Positions 60,188-64,000 of a stretch of 64,000 bases of DNA are shown in pieces. Location: the NCBI GenBank assembly GCA_963833985.1, contig CAWIAD010000001.1, positions 2,912,001-2,976,000 on the forward strand, read 5' to 3'. How positions within the stretch are numbered: position 1 is the first letter of the stretch; each line of letters begins with the position of its first letter. The stretch is from an uncultured Planctomycetaceae bacterium. Its GTDB lineage: Bacteria; Planctomycetota; Planctomycetia; Isosphaerales; Isosphaeraceae. Position numbers and translations under genes: made by a program. The notes under the pieces were generated by a model. That model ran no database searches, was not told where the DNA came from, and saw only the letters and a program-made list of their open reading frames with translations.

Positions 60188-63100
60188 TCACATGACTTGC
60201 CGGTGCACCAGCTCCTGGAATGGGCCGGGCTCGGCCAGAAGCTGATGATAGTCTCCGGACTGGACGATCTGTCCCGCCTTGACGACGTAAATGCGATCGG
60301 CATCGACGACCGTGGTGAGTCGATGCGCGATCACGAGGCGCGTGATGCCCCGCAGTTCCCGGGTAATGCTCTGGGTGACAATGGCCTGAGTCACGTTGTC
60401 CAGGGCGCTGGTGGCTTCGTCAAACATGAGGATCCTGGGGCGGCGGACGATCGCCCGCGCGATCAGGAGGCGCTGTCGCTGCCCGCCCGAGAGGTTGCCT
60501 CCCCCTTCCCCGACGAGCGTGTGCATGCCCATCGGAAAAGCCTGGATGTCCTCGTCCAGGCCGGCCAGCTTCGCCGCCTTCCAGGCATCTTCCATCGTCA
60601 GGTCAGAGGCGAATCCGACAATGTTGTTGAAGATGTCTCCCGGCAAGAGCTGGGCGTTCTGGAGCACCACGCCAATCTGCCGGCGGACCTCGCGCAGGTC
60701 CAGGGTCGTGAGCTCGCGGCCGTCGTAGGTGACCGTGCCGGCGATGGGAGCCTCGAAGCCGAGCAAGAGCCGGAGGATCGTCGACTTCCCCGAGCCCGAG
60801 GCGCCGACGATGGCCACGAACTCGCCCGGGCGCGCCTGGAGGCTCACATCGCTGAGCACCTTCGATCCCTCGTCCTGGCCCGGGTACCGGAACGAGACGC
60901 CGCTCAGTGCCAGCGCACCGCCAAGTTGCACCGGCTCCAGCACGCCGGCGGGAAACTCCGGCTGGCCTTCCAGGATCGGCTTGATGCGTTCATAGAGCGG
61001 AGGCAGATCGAGCAGGCCCATCACCGTGTACGCGGCCGCCAGCAGCGCAGTGATCATGCTCGCAAGCGCGATGGTGAAGGCGAGAAAACCGCCCGTGCTG
61101 AGCCGGTCGCTGCCCAGGTGGATGGCACCGAAGTAGACCACCATCGCAATCAGCAGCGGGAAGACGGCCAGGAACATGTGCAGCAATCGAGCATACCGGC
61201 GCGACCGGATGACCAGTGCAAGCTGGCTGGCGTAGCGGGTCGCCCAGCGTCCGAAAGCGCGGTTCTCGGCGCCGGCAGTCCGCAGCTTGGAAATGCCTCC
61301 GACGATCTCCAGCAAGAAGCTGGTGAGTGACCCTTCCAGCTTGCGGATCATCGCTTCCTGGCGAAGCTGCCCCGCCAGGATGACGGCGGTCACCGCGAGC
61401 ATGACGACCAGCAGCAGCATGCAGACGAGTGCCAGCCGCCAGCTATACCAGAAGAGCAGCCCCAGGTTGAAGACCGAGAGCAAGCTGGTGACCAGGGTGG
61501 AGACCACCGCGCCGGAGATCTTCTTGAAGATGAGGCTCAGCCCCATGGCCCGGAGCGCCAGGTCGCCGGAGGAGAACGTGCCGAAGAACCGCGTGGGCAG
61601 GCGGAGCAGCCGGTCCCAGACCGCGGGCACCACGGCGGGAACGATCTTCCCCTCGATGCGCAACAGCGCCAGGCCGCCGACCACCTGGAGGATGGTCGTC
61701 ACGACCGCTATCCCCACGAGGAACAGGCACAGCGCCAGCAGGGTTGTCCGCCCGCTCTCCGGCAGGTCCACCTCGGGAATGACCTGGTCGATGAGGATGC
61801 CGGAGCCGATGGGTACCGCCAGCCCGAAAACGCCGCCGATGAGCGCCAGCAGGAAGAGCAGCCGCAGTTCGCCCCGCACCCGCGGCAGGCTGAAACGAAG
61901 CAGGTCCAGGAGGGTGAGCCGATGATCGGGAAGCGTGGGGTAGAGCATCCAGGCCCGCCGCGCCACGCGACCGGCGAGGGTTCCGGTCACGGGCAGGCGG
62001 CGCTCGGCCGTGGGGTCCACAAGCTCGTGGCGGGACGATGCGAACCACCGTGCCTTCCTGACCGGAAGGATGGCCACGGGCCTTCGGTCGTCGTCGTTGA
62101 ACTGGCCGAGCAATGGCTCACTGAGTGGACGGGTCGCCCAGTCCGCCGGCAGGTTCACCTGCCGGAGGTGGAACCCCGACGACCGGGCGATCTCTGCCAG
62201 CGTCTCGCCGGCCGCCTCTCCCTTCTCGTCCTGGCTGCGCCTGGGCTGGCGGACCTCGATGCCCTTGGCCTGGCCGACAGCCCGGCAGGCGGCGAGCAAT
62301 TCGTCTCCGGCCGTACGAGTGAAGGGAACGGTCGTCTCGTTGGCCACGGCGGCGAGCCTGGCCGAGAAGCCGCTCACGAGCGAGCGCTCGCCGGCGACGG
62401 CTCGTTTCAGCTCTTCCCAGCGGCGCCTGGCTTCACGATCCTCCGAGCGGCCGATCTCGTCGAGCACGACCCGATGAAAGTCCTTCAAACCGGCCCACGG
62501 GTCTCCCGACCGCACCATGGTCAGCGTGTCGGTCGCCGTGACCCGGCAGGACACGCCGGCCGTCAGCCAGAGATACTCGCAGAGAGGGAAGCGTGGCTCC
62601 AGCTCGTTCACGGGAAGCGTGGCTCCATCCAGGAACCGCGACGATCCCTCGAGATGGCGGATCCAGCCGACGCCTTCGCGAATCGCATAACGCGCACCTT
62701 CGGCCAGCTCCATGGGCGTGGACAGGGCCAGGTCCTGACGTGGCTGGGCCGGCGCCACCAGGCTCAGCGCTCTGCCCACCCTGAGAATCCAGTCGTCGAT
62801 CAGCAGTGCCACCTGCACGGCGAGCTTCTCCTCGAAGCCCAGACGGATGAGGTCGCCGCGCGCAAACCGCAGTAATTGAGCCGTACCCACGCCGACAGCC
62901 ATCAGGCCGCCGCCGAGGTGCCCGCGAACGCCGCTGATGGCAAAGATCGAGCCGCCTTCCTCGACCCGGCAGAGGTGGCGACGGCGGCCCTGGATGCCGT
63001 CCGGGCCAGGAAGCGTGAAGAAGACATCCACCTGGCCGCGGGTGATCCACCAGACTGATTCGGGGTCGTCCAGCGGCAAGGGACGGTTCGCCGCGGTCTC

Positions 63101-64000
63101 CTCGCCCTCGCTGAACGGTGTGAGCTCCTCGATGAGGAAACGGGGCAGCTCCAGGTCGTCCGGGCCGGCAACCCGTGCGTGGCCGTCCTGCGGCCCGGTG
63201 AACCCAAGGCCGTCCCCGCCCGATCCCAAAGGTTCGAGCACGCGCGCGCCGGAGACGCCCGCGGCATGGTCGTGTGCGACGGAGACCCGGTTGCGGCCGC
63301 GAAACCTGGACTGAAATCGCTCCAGGGGCAGCCGTGGCGGGCGCTGCGCGGTCGTCTCCTGGCTGGCCAGGAGCCGGGCGTACTCCCCGCTGGGGTCAGA
63401 CATGAGCTGGTCATGCGTGCCACGCTGCACCGCACGCCCCGCCGAGAGGACGATGATCTCATCACAGTCGCGGATGGTTGACAGCCGGTGCGCGATGATC
63501 AGGCACGAGCAGCCCCGCCTCCGCAGATGGTCGTCGACGATGGCCTCGGTTCGTGAATCCAGTGCGCTGGTGGCCTCGTCCAGGACCAGCAGACTGGGGT
63601 CGCGCACCAGAGCCCGCGCGATTTCCAGGCGCTGCCTCTGCCCGCCCGAAAAATTCCGGGCGCCCTCGGCCACCACGGCGTCGTAGCCGCCACGGCGCAG
63701 CAGCAGGTCGCGATGGATTGCCGCTCCCAGGCCCGCCTGGATCAGGCGCTGGCTGCTCGTTCGTTCGTCCCACAACGTCAGGTTGTCCCGAACGGACCCT
63801 TCGAACATCGCCACGCGCTCATCGACCATTGCCACGGAGCTGACGAACAGCTCGCGGGGGATCTGGTCGATCGGCCGGCCGTCGTGCAGGATCTGCCCGC
63901 TCCAGGGCTGATAGAGCCCGACGACCAGCCGCGCGATCGTGGTCTTGCCGCTTCCCGAGCTGCCCACCAGCGCGATCCGCTGACCCGGCCGCACGATCAG
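60188..64000 (-). CDS. NHLP bacteriocin-system ABC exporter, partial (5' end outside the window): TIGR03796-like NBD fused to a TIGR03797-like subunit
   Basis: NBD1 (GSSGSGKT, FSGGQRQRLEIARAL, LDEATSALD, CDEIIVL); cNMP-like PLPLDDPESVWWITRGQVDVF; TMD (VWDRLLRLPTRFF..SSGDLALR); NBD2 (GASGSGKST, LSGGQRQRL). No stop codon between them. Confidence 0.88.
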   Translation of the reverse strand: MIVRPGQRIALVGSSGSGKTTIARLVVGLYQPWSGQILHDGRPIDQIPRELFVSSVAMVDERVAMFEGSVRDNLTLWDERTSSQRLIQAGLGAAIHRDLLLRRGGYDAVVAEGARNFSGGQRQRLEIARALVRDPSLLVLDEATSALDSRTEAIVDDHLRRRGCSCLIIAHRLSTIRDCDEIIVLSAGRAVQRGTHDQLMSDPSGEYARLLASQETTAQRPPRLPLERFQSRFRGRNRVSVAHDHAAGVSGARVLEPLGSGGDGLGFTGPQDGHARVAGPDDLELPRFLIEELTPFSEGEETAANRPLPLDDPESVWWITRGQVDVFFTLPGPDGIQGRRRHLCRVEEGGSIFAISGVRGHLGGGLMAVGVGTAQLLRFARGDLIRLGFEEKLAVQVALLIDDWILRVGRALSLVAPAQPRQDLALSTPMELAEGARYAIREGVGWIRHLEGSSRFLDGATLPVNELEPRFPLCEYLWLTAGVSCRVTATDTLTMVRSGDPWAGLKDFHRVVLDEIGRSEDREARRRWEELKRAVAGERSLVSGFSARLAAVANETTVPFTRTAGDELLAACRAVGQAKGIEVRQPRRSQDEKGEAAGETLAEIARSSGFHLRQVNLPADWATRPLSEPLLGQFNDDDRRPVAILPVRKARWFASSRHELVDPTAERRLPVTGTLAGRVARRAWMLYPTLPDHRLTLLDLLRFSLPRVRGELRLLFLLALIGGVFGLAVPIGSGILIDQVIPEVDLPESGRTTLLALCLFLVGIAVVTTILQVVGGLALLRIEGKIVPAVVPAVWDRLLRLPTRFFGTFSSGDLALRAMGLSLIFKKISGAVVSTLVTSLLSVFNLGLLFWYSWRLALVCMLLLVVMLAVTAVILAGQLRQEAMIRKLEGSLTSFLLEIVGGISKLRTAGAENRAFGRWATRYASQLALVIRSRRYARLLHMFLAVFPLLIAMVVYFGAIHLGSDRLSTGGFLAFTIALASMITALLAAAYTVMGLLDLPPLYERIKPILEGQPEFPAGVLEPVQLGGALALSGVSFRYPGQDEGSKVLSDVSLQARPGEFVAIVGASGSGKSTILRLLLGFEAPIAGTVTYDGRELTTLDLREVRRQIGVVLQNAQLLPGDIFNNIVGFASDLTMEDAWKAAKLAGLDEDIQAFPMGMHTLVGEGGGNLSGGQRQRLLIARAIVRRPRILMFDEATSALDNVTQAIVTQSITRELRGITRLVIAHRLTTVVDADRIYVVKAGQIVQSGDYHQLLAEPGPFQELVHRQVM

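Overview
GC-rich chromosomal segment of a Planctomycete, probably Isosphaeraceae. The assignment is inferred from hallmark families: a DUF1559 prepilin-like protein, ECF sigma factors with long C-terminal extensions, a TPR-bearing membrane Ser/Thr kinase and a PEP-CTERM protein. Left to right: (1) the end of dgoK and an XRE/S24 regulator. (2) A sufR-C-B-(two foreign genes)-D-rhodanese-E-ferredoxin-sufT operon with no sufS. (3) A Ser/Thr kinase, then an unannotated 51-aa double-glycine-leader peptide gene with its own ECF-type promoter, RBS and terminator, then an NHLP-type HlyD adaptor. (4) A truncated RAYT/Y1 transposase inside inverted REP-like repeats. (5) A histidine kinase and an ECF sigma-polysaccharide-export fusion. 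(6) A divergent enolase, a REP cluster, an APH-family kinase, a TIM-barrel isomerase and a large GH-like protein. (7) Small orphan proteins, a degenerate GGDEF protein, CAP, DUF2071, DUF1559, ECF, ferritin-like and PEP-CTERM genes. (8) A CzcA/CzcB-like efflux locus, a HAD + G1PDH-like pair and an ECF/anti-sigma pair. (9) A GmrSD nuclease followed by four stacked IS elements (ISAs1, IS4, IS1634, IS701), each with visible TIRs and target duplications; two of them sit inside its 3' end. (10) A partial NHLP-type ABC exporter in which the two usual subunits read as one ORF. About nine 1-2 nt frameshifts in otherwise intact genes are most likely sequencing errors. No rRNA, tRNA or CRISPR array was found. 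The best candidate for a new system is the GG-leader peptide / NHLP exporter / TPR-kinase module. All family calls come from motif recognition by eye; no searches were run.
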